Positions 17,480 through 27,836 of a stretch of 36,075 nucleotides of DNA are shown here, piece after piece. This DNA is from an uncultured Gallionellaceae bacterium (GTDB lineage: Bacteria; Pseudomonadota; Gammaproteobacteria; Burkholderiales; Gallionellaceae): the NCBI GenBank assembly GCA_947085625.1, contig CAMTXD010000030.1:1-36075 (forward strand). Direction: 5' to 3'. Both the position numbers and the translations under genes were made by a program. The notes under the pieces were generated by a model, which worked only from the letters and a program-made list of their open reading frames with translations, searched no databases and was not told the origin of the DNA. Numbering within the stretch: the first letter of the stretch is position 1; the number at the start of each line of letters is the position of its first letter.

Positions 17480-18712
17480 TCACCGCAGCGTGTTCGCCGC
17501 ACGCGATGCGTTGCATGAAGCCCCGCTTGAGCAGCAGCGTCTTCCATGCCGGTTTGCCGGTTTGTAGGGCAATTCCAAATACAATGCTTTCAATGCGCCA
17601 TACAGCAGATCTGCGGTAAAAAATTCATTGACCCTTGCTTTTGCATGCAGCCGCATTTTTTCGTATTTGCCCGGGTTCTCCAAAAAATCCTTCATGATCC
17701 CGGCCAGCGCATTGACATCCCCGGCAGGAAACAGTACCCCCGTTTGCCCGTCCATTATGGAATCAACCAATCCCGGTATGTTTGAGCCGATGGTTGGTAT
17801 ACCCAATGCTGCAGCATCTATGACGATAGTCCCGAAACCCTCGCGATAGCTGGGCAAACACAGCACATCACTGATCGCCAGATACAGCTCATGGTTTTCC
17901 ACCTGACCAACGTCAAGCACGTTATTGAATAGCCCCTGATCGGATTTGAGCAAATCTCCAATTTCACCTCCAGATTCGTCAGGGCCTACAAATAGCAGCC
18001 TAGCGTCTGGATGAGTTTTGGAAACCAACGCAAATGCCTTGAGCACATCAACAGCACCCTTATCCCGAGTTTTTCGCGCAATAAACGCAAACACGAAATT
18101 TGCTTCGTTCAACCCCAGTTGCTTGCGCAAATGACCAGCTCGTTCAGTGAGCGCAGGCAAATTGAACCTCGCAACATCAACCCCCGATAGCGATCCTTTC
18201 GACAAGACAGGCAACGGTCTTCCCGAATTGGAGATTTTGTGAGCATGCAGAAATGCCGATTGCGAAGGACTGTCAGTCAAACAAATCGTGTTCAATGAAT
18301 TGATCAACCAGTCCAACCAATAATAAACCGCCCGCGCCGCGCCGGTCTTCGTCGCCCAAACTTGTCCGGTAAATGTGTGTATGCGAACAGGAACACGGCA
18401 AATAAGTCCGGCGATGGCCGTCAGCAATCCGGCTTTGGGCATGATCGAATGCACGATATCAGGCTTGCAAGAGATAAAAATCCGACAAAGCGCGAACAAC
18501 GCGAGCAAGTCTGAAACAAGGTTGATCTTCCGGTTAAGATCAATATCCACCCACCTGACATCGGGGTACACATCCTTGCAGGAAGAAACACCTTGGCCAA
18601 CCACACACACCTCAAAGTCCGCAGGCATCCTGTTAAGCGTGTTAGCCAGATGCCATGGCACAACATAAGATGCCGTAACCACCCTGATGACCTTTAGTTT
18701 GGGGAGACTCAC
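17480..18712 (-). CDS. Glycosyltransferase family 4
   Basis: HSIMPKAGLL, HTFTGQVW, LPSYREGFG; start GTG 18712 or ATG 18727. Confidence 0.92.
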   Translation of the reverse strand: MSLPKLKVIRVVTASYVVPWHLANTLNRMPADFEVCVVGQGVSSCKDVYPDVRWVDIDLNRKINLVSDLLALFALCRIFISCKPDIVHSIMPKAGLLTAIAGLICRVPVRIHTFTGQVWATKTGAARAVYYWLDWLINSLNTICLTDSPSQSAFLHAHKISNSGRPLPVLSKGSLSGVDVARFNLPALTERAGHLRKQLGLNEANFVFAFIARKTRDKGAVDVLKAFALVSKTHPDARLLFVGPDESGGEIGDLLKSDQGLFNNVLDVGQVENHELYLAISDVLCLPSYREGFGTIVIDAAALGIPTIGSNIPGLVDSIMDGQTGVLFPAGDVNALAGIMKDFLENPGKYEKMRLHAKARVNEFFTADLLYGALKALYLELPYKPANRHGRRCCSSGASCNASRAANTLR

Positions 18713-18713
18713 C

Positions 18714-19658
18714 TCAGGTTGATCCATTTTTCCAATAACGGGTGAGTTCACCGATGCCTTCTTCCATTGAAATCCTGTTCTTGTATCCCAACTCGGACTC
18801 GATCCGGTCGGTCCGGTAGATTGTTCTATTGGTAAGCGCATCCACCCTGGATGACTTCAGCGGAAATTTCGGGATCGAACCAGCCAGCGCAACCACAGCT
18901 CGCACCAAAGATTCCGGCAGTCTTGTCTGAGGCGCTCTTTTTCCCAAAGCAGTGGCGATTATTCCCACGAAATCTTCCAGTGTCCGGTGATCCGAGATTA
19001 TGTATGCACGGCCATAGTCAGGCAAATCGGCCGTCCCGCAAAGCACCAAAGCATCGACGACATTTTCTACATGGATGTAATTTGCTACCGCACCATGCTT
19101 GCCAATAAAAAAGAACATCCCTCTATCTACCATCCTGATCAATTGAAAAAGCGATTGATTCGGCATATCAGTGCTATAGACATTGGATGGCCTCAGCAGG
19201 ACGCACTGTAAATTCTGCTCCGAAGCAGCTGCACATACCAGCTTGTCAGATGCTGCTTTGGATCTTTCATAAGCGTTACCAGGATTGATCTCCGAATCTT
19301 CATGGATATCGCCATGCAGACTGCTACCGTATACGCCCGTGCTACTCAATTGCACCCAACGTCCTATTTCACCGCTGGCAGCTTCCAGTAAATTGGCAGT
19401 GCCCCGCACATTGGTGCTTTCCATCTCTGCTTCATTGCGCAATTCGGCTGCGCAGTGATACAACACATCCGCACCGTGCACGAATTTTCGTAACTCATCG
19501 ATAGAAGAACCGAGGCTCCCTTTGTAAGCTACAGCGCCAAGCACATCTACTGCTGCTTTTCTTCGGGTCAAATAGCGAACCTGATTTCCACGTGCAACAT
19601 GCCTCGCTATCAGATGTTTACCTATGAACCCTGTACCCCCGGTAATAGCGACAATCAC
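18714..19658 (-). CDS. NAD-dependent epimerase/dehydratase
   Basis: TGGTGFIG, YERSK catalytic motif, LRPSNVY. Confidence 0.92.
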   Translation of the reverse strand: MIVAITGGTGFIGKHLIARHVARGNQVRYLTRRKAAVDVLGAVAYKGSLGSSIDELRKFVHGADVLYHCAAELRNEAEMESTNVRGTANLLEAASGEIGRWVQLSSTGVYGSSLHGDIHEDSEINPGNAYERSKAASDKLVCAAASEQNLQCVLLRPSNVYSTDMPNQSLFQLIRMVDRGMFFFIGKHGAVANYIHVENVVDALVLCGTADLPDYGRAYIISDHRTLEDFVGIIATALGKRAPQTRLPESLVRAVVALAGSIPKFPLKSSRVDALTNRTIYRTDRIESELGYKNRISMEEGIGELTRYWKNGST

Positions 19659-19741
19659 AGGTATTCTCCAAAACTAAATGCAAGCCAGGCAATCAACTTT
19701 CAGCACACCAGAATTCCTTGCAGCGATCTCTGCAAGATGAA

Positions 19742-20659
19742 TTAGATTCGATCAATCAATATCAGGAATCGCAATATCAAATCATCGAACCACTTTTGCC
19801 GCCACACATCCCTGGATAAGGCTAACTGAAAACGGCAACGCAATGATGATTTTGCTCCGACGAATTTGTTTAGAATTTGTCTTCTGGATAACGGGATGCT
19901 GTCTTGAAATATATTCAGCAAAGTTGCAGCCTGTTCGTTAATCCACCTATGTCCGTCACCGCTGCCAAAGAACCTTCGGTACTTTCTCGATAGCTGCGCA
20001 AAGCCAGTTGCGGCAACGCCTATGGCGTTACTGCCATGCTGGCGATATTTGAGGGTAGCTTCCGCATCGTAAATAACCTCGCCAAAGCAGGACACCGCCA
20101 GATAACACCACCAATCATGTATCACCACCCTGCTTGGCAGATTCGCACAAACAAGATCAATGGCTTTCCGGTTGAGCACCATCGTACAGCCGATGGCAAC
20201 GCTTTCCACCAGCGCGTTACCAAAGCCGACTTTTTTCGGCAGCTCCGTATAACCGATATGTCCCAGATTCTCATCAACCAGTTCCACCCTGGAGCAATAC
20301 ATTGCAGGACCACTACCTGTGACTCCGCTTAGAGCCGAAACAGCGTGAGCGATCTTCTCTGGATGCCAGACATCATCCTGATCACAAAAAGCAACGAATT
20401 CTGTTTCCGTCGATGCGGCACTGCGCAGCAATTCAAAAAAACTTAGTGCCGCCCCCAGGTTGTTGTGCCCTTCCAGTATGTCTATACGTCCCTTAGCTTG
20501 CTCGCTGGCCAGCATACTTCTGGTCGAATCAGACGACCCGTCGTCACGGACCAAAATCCTGATGTTGGGGTAGGTTTGCTCATACAACGAACCCAGCTGT
20601 TGCTGAAGGAACTTGCTTCCATTGTAGCTAGAGAGCAGAACCGTCACTCTATTGGACAT
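19742..20659 (-). CDS. Glycosyltransferase family 2 (rhamnosyltransferase-like)
   Basis: LLSSYNG, RDDGSSD, FCDQDDVW, HDWW, YRQH. Confidence 0.92.
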   Translation of the reverse strand: MSNRVTVLLSSYNGSKFLQQQLGSLYEQTYPNIRILVRDDGSSDSTRSMLASEQAKGRIDILEGHNNLGAALSFFELLRSAASTETEFVAFCDQDDVWHPEKIAHAVSALSGVTGSGPAMYCSRVELVDENLGHIGYTELPKKVGFGNALVESVAIGCTMVLNRKAIDLVCANLPSRVVIHDWWCYLAVSCFGEVIYDAEATLKYRQHGSNAIGVAATGFAQLSRKYRRFFGSGDGHRWINEQAATLLNIFQDSIPLSRRQILNKFVGAKSSLRCRFQLALSRDVWRQKWFDDLILRFLILIDRI

Positions 20660-20690
20660 GGATACCCCTGATGTAAAAACCAGTTCAGTG

Positions 20691-21105
20691 TGCGCATTTC
20701 CACGCCATTCGGCCACCCATTCCACGGTGATCCGGCCGGGTCAGTCGGAACGAAGCGACGCAAGAATTTAAGGTTAAGTTATCTGGTTCTCGACTGTCAA
20801 TTTTTTCATTTCTTTGCGCATCGATTTTCCAGTCAAATTGATCCCGTAAGCGTTATGCACGACTCTATCCAGAATGGCATCCACCAGTGTCGGATCGCCC
20901 ACCGGCTTTATGCCAGAGTGAAACGGATAGCTGGCTGATGATGATTGTGGAACGGAGGTTGTAGCGGTCATCTAGTATTTCCAGCAGATCACGCCGATGC
21001 TGATCGGTCAGCATCGGCCCATTCGTCCATGACCAGGACATCAGTCTTGGCCAGATGACGGATCATCCTGCCGTAACGCCCATCAGCTCTCCCCAAATCC
21101 TGAAG
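20691..21105 (-). mobile_element. IS21-family remnant: right end plus degenerate istB 3' part
   Basis: End TGCGCATTTCCACGCCATTCGGCCACCCATTCCAC with internal repeats; RADGRY, DVLVMDEW, DLLEILDDRY, DPTLVDAILDRVVHNA spread over several frames. Confidence 0.85.
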
Positions 21106-21180
21106 CAGGAACGGGCGGTTCTGACGATATTATAGCGATGGGCTGGTAAAGGCAGAGTTGATCCGCTTTTGCTACTCATG

Positions 21181-22113
21181 CTATTTCTCTGAATAGTCTA
21201 TTCCCCATGATAACAAAGATAAAAAGCGACGCCTTTCCGCAGTTCCATCTTGGTAATCGCGCGTCTGATTGTCCGTGACCAGCAAATTTTCCTGGTCATA
21301 CTGCCATAAAGTTTTACTTTTGTGCCACGCTTCCTTTTCGTATCCCACTCCATCTTTCCCGACGACGATCACTCTGCTCCCCTTGTTGAGGATTTGTATC
21401 GTAAGTCCTCTCTTACCACTTTCAAATTTGTAGGCATCCATTTTTGTCTGGATGACAGGGCATTCGAGAGACTTCATCAGTTCTCCCGAAATCATGAAGA
21501 CATTCGTTCGTATGAGAAAGTTTGGGAAAGGGTCAAAATGAATCATGTAAGTAAAAGAGCGTCTAACTGCTCTGATTTTAGAAAATATTGATTTCCAAAA
21601 GTGGTTTTTTTTGGGTGGCCGATTTTCTATATTTGACAGTCCTTTATTATGCCTTCGAAAAACTGCAGCTACGATGCTACGATACCTGGCCCGTACAGTT
21701 GCATTGTGACTGTGCCAGGAACCCGTCGCACCAACCAGACCCACGCCTGATCTGGAAATATTCTCGTAAAGTTTTCTCAGCCATTCGCGGTCTTGAATCA
21801 CGCTGTACGAATTCAGGAAGCAAAAATACTTGTACTTGTCCGAATAATGCTCGACTACGGCGAAATAGGCGGTGATGTCGAAACCTTCGTCCGAAATCTC
21901 AAGTGTCAAATATCGGAAAGGGGTGAGCAACGCGCAATATTCTTCGATGTCTTGCGGGTGGTCGAACCCCTTGAATACGATCAGCAGGTCATGTTCGACC
22001 CCTCCCGGGTTCTGCCTGTAAGATTCGAGAAAATCCCTGAAAGGTTCAATACCGTTCTGGGCACGCACCAAGTGGGCGACGCAAAGTTCTTTCATCGACT
22101 CGCTCATAAACAT
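21181..22113 (-). CDS. Hypothetical protein, possibly glycosyltransferase-like
   Basis: 310-aa ORF coupled to the upstream GT2; GFDITAY and FCFLNS motifs; family not certain. Confidence 0.7.
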   Translation of the reverse strand: MFMSESMKELCVAHLVRAQNGIEPFRDFLESYRQNPGGVEHDLLIVFKGFDHPQDIEEYCALLTPFRYLTLEISDEGFDITAYFAVVEHYSDKYKYFCFLNSYSVIQDREWLRKLYENISRSGVGLVGATGSWHSHNATVRARYRSIVAAVFRRHNKGLSNIENRPPKKNHFWKSIFSKIRAVRRSFTYMIHFDPFPNFLIRTNVFMISGELMKSLECPVIQTKMDAYKFESGKRGLTIQILNKGSRVIVVGKDGVGYEKEAWHKSKTLWQYDQENLLVTDNQTRDYQDGTAERRRFLSLLSWGIDYSEK

Positions 22114-23310
22114 CTATGCAATCGATCCCGCACAACTCTTGGGGTCAACCTGCTCAAAAACGTCGAGTATCGTATTAAACTTTCCCTCAATAGTCGGCAT
22201 GAAAACTTTCGGGTGAGAACCGGCTGTCGCCTGCACCCGATGGGCCAAAGAAGCGCGGTAGCGCTTAGGCGTCATCTTAGCAACAGCGGAAAACAACAGC
22301 CCAAAACGCAACCATTCACCAAAATGCATTTCCCCCCGCAACTCCATGGAGACCTTCTTAGCACTTGGCCTGCCCATGATCAATCCCGTGTAAATAGCCA
22401 AAATCTGGATAAGACGATAGCGTGCGTAATTCACCTTGAGGTCACTCTCGTCGGCAAAATTGACGGCAAGCGTCTCCATTGAAACTAGCCATGAAGTATT
22501 CATTGCAGTCCCAGGCAAAATTACTTGCTTCAGCCTGTGTACCATTGCCTCATCGGGAAGGTTATTGAGAAACTCGTTACCGTCACTCTCCGCATCATTG
22601 AAATAATAGAAACCAAACGATTTGGGGCTAATTCCTATCGTTACCAGCGGCTGCGGCACGATGAGGATGCGATCTGACTTAAGCATCAGAGCATTGGAGG
22701 CGTAGTAGTCTGGGTATGGTGATTGATAGAACGAACCATAACACTTCAATTCTTCAATGAGCTTTCTGCTCACCAGTGAAAATTGCATGTTGTAGTCGAA
22801 GGTCACTCTAAAATCTAGCGAATCTTTGGCAAAATCTATCGCATCTTTTTTTTCAAGCCAGAACGGTGAGCGTGCCGATTGGAAGATTTTTCGCCGGCTA
22901 TAAGTCCTGAGAAACCCATCCGGCAAGCCAGGCATGACTCCAGGGTAGGCATAGAGGAACGCACCGGTATAGACGAAATCCGGCGAGTTAAACTTCTCGA
23001 TCAATTTGCTTAATGTAGAAAAATAACCTTTCATCAAACAGTCATCATCCCCCAGCATGATGACGTAATCGCCATCGCTCTTGTTGAGCGCATTGTTCCA
23101 GTTATCGGTGACCGGAACAAAGTTGTCCGTGCGGAAATACTTGATGCGTAGGTCGCCGAGGGATCCAATATAGCCAATAACATCCTCATCCGAAAAATTA
23201 TCGGAAACGATAATTTCCCAGTCATCGTAATCCTGTCGCCTTACCGTTTCAATGGCGCGGGCAAGCAGATCAAGACGGTTGCGCGTCGGTAATAACACTG
23301 AAAATTTCAT
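22114..23310 (-). CDS. Glycosyltransferase family 2
   Basis: MKFSVLLPTRNR, VSDNFS, LGDDD. Confidence 0.92.
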   Translation of the reverse strand: MKFSVLLPTRNRLDLLARAIETVRRQDYDDWEIIVSDNFSDEDVIGYIGSLGDLRIKYFRTDNFVPVTDNWNNALNKSDGDYVIMLGDDDCLMKGYFSTLSKLIEKFNSPDFVYTGAFLYAYPGVMPGLPDGFLRTYSRRKIFQSARSPFWLEKKDAIDFAKDSLDFRVTFDYNMQFSLVSRKLIEELKCYGSFYQSPYPDYYASNALMLKSDRILIVPQPLVTIGISPKSFGFYYFNDAESDGNEFLNNLPDEAMVHRLKQVILPGTAMNTSWLVSMETLAVNFADESDLKVNYARYRLIQILAIYTGLIMGRPSAKKVSMELRGEMHFGEWLRFGLLFSAVAKMTPKRYRASLAHRVQATAGSHPKVFMPTIEGKFNTILDVFEQVDPKSCAGSIA

Positions 23311-23311
23311 G

Positions 23312-24199
23312 TCATGCCACCTTTCGGAAGACCATGGTATAGGCGCTACCCTTCCCTTCCTGTTTTTCAATAGGGCTGAACAATCTCGCCACCATACGAC
23401 CAACTTTCCTCAACACCCTGTTGACTATCGGGTAAGAGCACAGATTTGAGAAGAAGAATTCCCATCCAAAAATATTCCATCCGAGTCCACCTTCGTCGGT
23501 CGTCGTAATCATCTCGACTTTCATTCCAAGGGATACCATCTTCTCCTTCAAGAGTTTCATGGGAATCAGCATGACATGGCGAGGAGCATCAACATGGGGC
23601 CAATAGCGCCCGAGGACATGGAACTGGAATGCATCTGGATTTGGCGCAGCCAGAACCAGAATCCCGCCGGGGTTCAATTTTTCGCTGATCGCCTCCAATG
23701 TTTCCCATGGATTGGGCAAATGTTCGATTACATGCCACATGGCAATCACATCGTACGGCTTGACCGTCTTGAGAGCGCCGCATGTGTCGTTACTATTGAT
23801 GGTAGGTATTCCAGCTACCTCGTTCAGAAACTTGCTACACCTAGCATCCATTTCTATCGCTTCGGCCTCAAAGCCAGAATTTTTGGCTAAATAGGTAAAA
23901 CAGCCAAGCGATGGGCCGATTTCCAGCAACCGTCCCTGCTTCATGTAACGCTGGATGATTTTTATTTTATATCTCTCGTGGTCAGCACCCGCTTCCAGTA
24001 CCCCTACTGATCCCGGGACGGAATAATAAGTTTGGGGGTAATACTCGCCGAGATTCTCCGGTATGGGGGAAATGAAAATAAGGCCGCATTTCGGGCAGCG
24101 ATAGTGGTCGAATATTTCCTGTGTTACGCGGCGATTGTAATCGCTGCTCCGAAAATAAAGTTCGGACTCGGTGTTGCAGTTTGAACAAAGTTTTTTCAT
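23312..24199 (-). CDS. Class I SAM-dependent methyltransferase with N-terminal CxxC pairs
   Basis: LLEIGPSLG, WHVIEHLPNP, LNPGG, DAPRH. Confidence 0.9.
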   Translation of the reverse strand: MKKLCSNCNTESELYFRSSDYNRRVTQEIFDHYRCPKCGLIFISPIPENLGEYYPQTYYSVPGSVGVLEAGADHERYKIKIIQRYMKQGRLLEIGPSLGCFTYLAKNSGFEAEAIEMDARCSKFLNEVAGIPTINSNDTCGALKTVKPYDVIAMWHVIEHLPNPWETLEAISEKLNPGGILVLAAPNPDAFQFHVLGRYWPHVDAPRHVMLIPMKLLKEKMVSLGMKVEMITTTDEGGLGWNIFGWEFFFSNLCSYPIVNRVLRKVGRMVARLFSPIEKQEGKGSAYTMVFRKVA

Positions 24200-24255
24200 G
24201 GTATCTAAATTGTGCTTACCTCATGACTGATTAAATCGAAATGTGTAACATCATT

Positions 24256-25131
24256 TCATTTACCGCCGACTGATCCGTATTTTTCTCCAAGATAGCGCTG
24301 GAGTGCATCGCGCCAATGGGGCAACTCGATTCCCATCGCCCACGCTTTGGTGTTGGCCATAACGGAGTAAAGCGGGCGCCTCATTTCTCCACTCATGCCT
24401 CCACGGTCAACAGGATGCACTTCCACAGGCAAAGCCATCATCTCGTAAATAACTTTGGTAAACTCGAACCAAGTACACTCTCCCCCGTTTACCAAGTGGT
24501 ATATCCCGGGAACACGCTGGGGATGCTCGATAAGCTTTAGCACTGCTTTAGCAAGGTCAACGGTATAAGTCGGTGAAACCACCTGGTCACAACCCATTTC
24601 TAGTTTGGTATGGGTTTGTGCATCCAAAATGCGCTTGTCCACGAAATTCCCGCCCTTGGAACTCCCGCCGCTCAAGCCATAAAGACCGCAGGTTCGAATG
24701 ACTATGGTGTGCTTTGGTGCAGCTACGAAAGCTGCCAGTTCCCCGGCAAGCCTTGAAATACCATACATCTGCAATGGGTTGGTTCGGTCATTCTCCTTAT
24801 ATGGCGCATTTTGCTCGCCACCGAACACGTAATCGGTACTGAATGTAACCAGAAGCGCCCCGGCTTTTTTGCAGATAAGCGCCAAATTGCGAACTGCCAG
24901 GCAATTAACCTCAAATGCACGATGCGGCTCCACTTCACATTGCGGCACATTGTGGAATGCGGCTGTGTTAATGACCACATCAGGGCGGAATTTTGTGATC
25001 GCGCGCTCGCATGATTCCTTGGATTTGATGTCAAGCTCAGTACGATCCGGTGCATATATCCGGTTGGATGTCTTCTCACTGAGGATGCTGCCGCCGAGCT
25101 GGCCGGTTTTACCGATCAACAGGATTTTCAA
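24256..25131 (-). CDS. rfbD: dTDP-4-dehydrorhamnose reductase family protein
   Basis: GKTGQLG, STDYVFGG, DQVVSPT, RP.YS; catalytic motif reads YGISR. Confidence 0.9.
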   Translation of the reverse strand: MKILLIGKTGQLGGSILSEKTSNRIYAPDRTELDIKSKESCERAITKFRPDVVINTAAFHNVPQCEVEPHRAFEVNCLAVRNLALICKKAGALLVTFSTDYVFGGEQNAPYKENDRTNPLQMYGISRLAGELAAFVAAPKHTIVIRTCGLYGLSGGSSKGGNFVDKRILDAQTHTKLEMGCDQVVSPTYTVDLAKAVLKLIEHPQRVPGIYHLVNGGECTWFEFTKVIYEMMALPVEVHPVDRGGMSGEMRRPLYSVMANTKAWAMGIELPHWRDALQRYLGEKYGSVGGK

Positions 25132-25667
25132 AATATGCGTCCGCCGAAATCCGGATAATGCGCATCCCGTTTCGAGATCACGGCAACTTCCCCGGGCCAG
25201 TCTATGGCAAACTCAGGATCATTCCAACGCACACCTGCGGCGCATTCAGTATAAAAGAATTCTGACATCTGGTACAGCACCTCAGTATTGTCTTGGAAGG
25301 TTAAAAACCCATGCGCAAATCCTTCCGGCACATAGAGCGCTTTTCTGTTTTCAGCGGTCAACTCCACTCCGAACCATTGAGTGAATGTTTTGGACTCGTT
25401 GCGCAAATCAACAATAACATCGTAAATGCCGCCTTGCGTGCACCTGACCAGCTTTGTTTCTTCATGCGGCGTTTTTTGAAAATGCATCCCGCGCAGGGTG
25501 CCGCGCACCTTGTTGTAAGAGATGTTGCATTGCACAAGATTCGGGTTGAGTCCCATCTCTGCAAATTCATTCCGGCAATAAGTGCGCGCAAAGAAACCTC
25601 TCTCATCCGAGATGAGATCGGGCTCAATCAGCCATGCGCCAGATAATCCTGTTTCAACAAATCTCAT
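25128..25667 (-). CDS. rfbC: dTDP-4-dehydrorhamnose 3,5-epimerase
   Basis: DERGFFAR, GTLRGMHFQ, PEGFAHGF, WNDP. Confidence 0.95.
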   Translation of the reverse strand: MRFVETGLSGAWLIEPDLISDERGFFARTYCRNEFAEMGLNPNLVQCNISYNKVRGTLRGMHFQKTPHEETKLVRCTQGGIYDVIVDLRNESKTFTQWFGVELTAENRKALYVPEGFAHGFLTFQDNTEVLYQMSEFFYTECAAGVRWNDPEFAIDWPGEVAVISKRDAHYPDFGGRIF

Positions 25668-25778
25668 AGCATCCTACTTAACGTAAACCATCCGGAGGCG
25701 ACTGCATTCCAATTAAACTAAGGTGTTATTTGAACCAAAATCTCGATTCTTAATTCCACTCATTTTATAGATGAGCCA

Positions 25779-27836
25779 TTAGTGCAACGCCATGCGTTGA
25801 TTCACAACACGCTCCAGAATTATCCATCCAGCGTCCCTGCGAACCTCGCGGTATGAGACCAGGCGGGGGAGATAACTCTGGATTTGCCGGCTGTGTTCGG
25901 GTGCAGCCAGTGCGATGTCATAGCTCGGATCGTCTGCAAGGATGTATTTTGGGCCTCGCATTTCGATCCAATTAACAATTTCCTCGACATCCTTCTCGCG
26001 CACAACCTCCATCGGGTCGTACCAAGGAAATCCATCATTGAAGCCATGCAGGCGAGCATAAGTTGACACCCCGGATAAAACAAGGGTTTCAGCCGCTGAG
26101 TACCCTTCGGTCAACGCATTCATTTGCAACTCGAATTTAGACCCACGCAACCACGGCAGGCACTTCCCGTCCAGAATCATACCGTCACCACAGCTCTGAT
26201 TCTGCGCGCTAAACCATCCAATCGCTTGTCTTGTAAACTGAAATGAAGAGGAAATCAGCTGACCCCCGATTAAGCAGACGATAATCATCGAGAACGTTAC
26301 TCCGGATCTTAAAGGCTTCCGAAACAGCTGCCGCCAACCCTCAAAGGTGATGCGTGGCGCAACCAACAACGCAAGTAACACCAGCTGGAACCACAGATTC
26401 CACTCGGCCATCCGGTTTACATAGTACATTAGCCAAACCAGCATGATGGTGCCTATTGCCGCTTCGTAAGCGTCAACCGACAATAGAATGCCGTTGCGTG
26501 CGCGCCAAACACCGCGCAGCACCGCCGTTGTCGCCACAAAGAAAAGCAGGGTCGCCGTCATACTTGGTTTATCAACCATACCGCCGTAGCCACCGGTGGC
26601 AAATAAGGCCATAAACTGAAACAGCCCACCTGATGAACTCTGCAAGATCGGCCCGATGATAAGGGCTGACCCGACCACCATCGTTACGACAAAAACTGCT
26701 CCGAACCACATCAAAGTTCCGGCGATGCTGGCAATTGGCGTCTTGGGGGTATATTTTTTAAGCACCGTAGCCACGATGTAACCAGCCATCGTCGCAAAGC
26801 CTGTCTCTGGACTCATGATGACGAAAATCGCTGCGGCTGAGGCAAGCAGCCATATCCGCAACTGCGCCCTGCGCATCTCCAGCACCAACACAATCAAGGA
26901 AACGAGAATAGGGACATATCGGATTCCTGACTGGTTAGGATAACCTACCGCGATGCCGACGTTACTTAGCGTGAATGCAGTCATCCCGAGCGCTAACGCC
27001 ATAACGTATGGAAAGTATTTTCTATTCGTGAGAAAGCTCAGGACGCAGATCATCGCTACCGCAATAAGCTGATTCAGCTTAACGGCTTGTACCAGAGCCG
27101 TATCGGGCAGCCCAAAAAGCGCAAGCACCTTAAGAGCCAGCGCAGTGAGCAGGGGCATCCCAAGCCCATAATTTGCGCGTTCGATCGTCCCCACCTCGGA
27201 GCAACAAATGAGATCAAAGCCGGGGAGCACAGTTACCGCGTAATGTGTCTCTATGGCCTGCAGCTCGGGCGCACCATGAATCAATAGCGGCGTGGCTAGC
27301 GGCGCTATCAGGAAGACAATGAAGTAAACAAATACGATGCCGATTAACAGCCAAGAGAAAACACCAGTAAACGGTTGTACCCGCGCGAGGCTCGATCGCG
27401 TCCACGCGCTGGAGATCGGGGCGAACCAGCGTGCGCGTGAAAAGATTAAAAGTGCTGCAACAAGAAAGAATCCGAGAAGGAACTGCTTCGACCAAGATCC
27501 AAGAAAAATTGCGGCAATTACGACCGCAACCGCGAGTGCCTGATCTACCCGTCCCACACGGGGAATGATCTTCGTGTTGGGCCATAGGAGCACGGCTGCA
27601 CAAATCGTGGCAAACAGGCCGAGTAGCGCCACATAGAACGCGCCCTGCGCCCGGGTTGATTCGAGGTTGAGCATTCGCACTTGGGTATCAAGTATTGTCG
27701 CATCCACGGGGAATTTGAAGAGATGCAGGACGAACAATCCTATTGCAAAGATGATTGCGAAAGCCGCCGTTAGCGTGCGCATATTGCTCTCTGACTCATC
27801 GGTCATTTCAATATTTCTATGCTCCATGATGCCCAT
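25779..27836 (-). CDS. Large polytopic membrane protein, putative GT-C-fold transferase
   Basis: More than 12 hydrophobic segments plus a soluble C-terminal domain; start uncertain (27836, 27806 or 27782); function inferred from context. Confidence 0.65.
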   Translation of the reverse strand: MGIMEHRNIEMTDESESNMRTLTAAFAIIFAIGLFVLHLFKFPVDATILDTQVRMLNLESTRAQGAFYVALLGLFATICAAVLLWPNTKIIPRVGRVDQALAVAVVIAAIFLGSWSKQFLLGFFLVAALLIFSRARWFAPISSAWTRSSLARVQPFTGVFSWLLIGIVFVYFIVFLIAPLATPLLIHGAPELQAIETHYAVTVLPGFDLICCSEVGTIERANYGLGMPLLTALALKVLALFGLPDTALVQAVKLNQLIAVAMICVLSFLTNRKYFPYVMALALGMTAFTLSNVGIAVGYPNQSGIRYVPILVSLIVLVLEMRRAQLRIWLLASAAAIFVIMSPETGFATMAGYIVATVLKKYTPKTPIASIAGTLMWFGAVFVVTMVVGSALIIGPILQSSSGGLFQFMALFATGGYGGMVDKPSMTATLLFFVATTAVLRGVWRARNGILLSVDAYEAAIGTIMLVWLMYYVNRMAEWNLWFQLVLLALLVAPRITFEGWRQLFRKPLRSGVTFSMIIVCLIGGQLISSSFQFTRQAIGWFSAQNQSCGDGMILDGKCLPWLRGSKFELQMNALTEGYSAAETLVLSGVSTYARLHGFNDGFPWYDPMEVVREKDVEEIVNWIEMRGPKYILADDPSYDIALAAPEHSRQIQSYLPRLVSYREVRRDAGWIILERVVNQRMALH

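Noticed and set aside
18728-18841. Extended start of the GT4 gene
   Set aside because: Overlaps the upstream epimerase by more than 100 nt
21793-22482. 229-aa plus-strand ORF
   Set aside because: Antisense to two coupled operon genes
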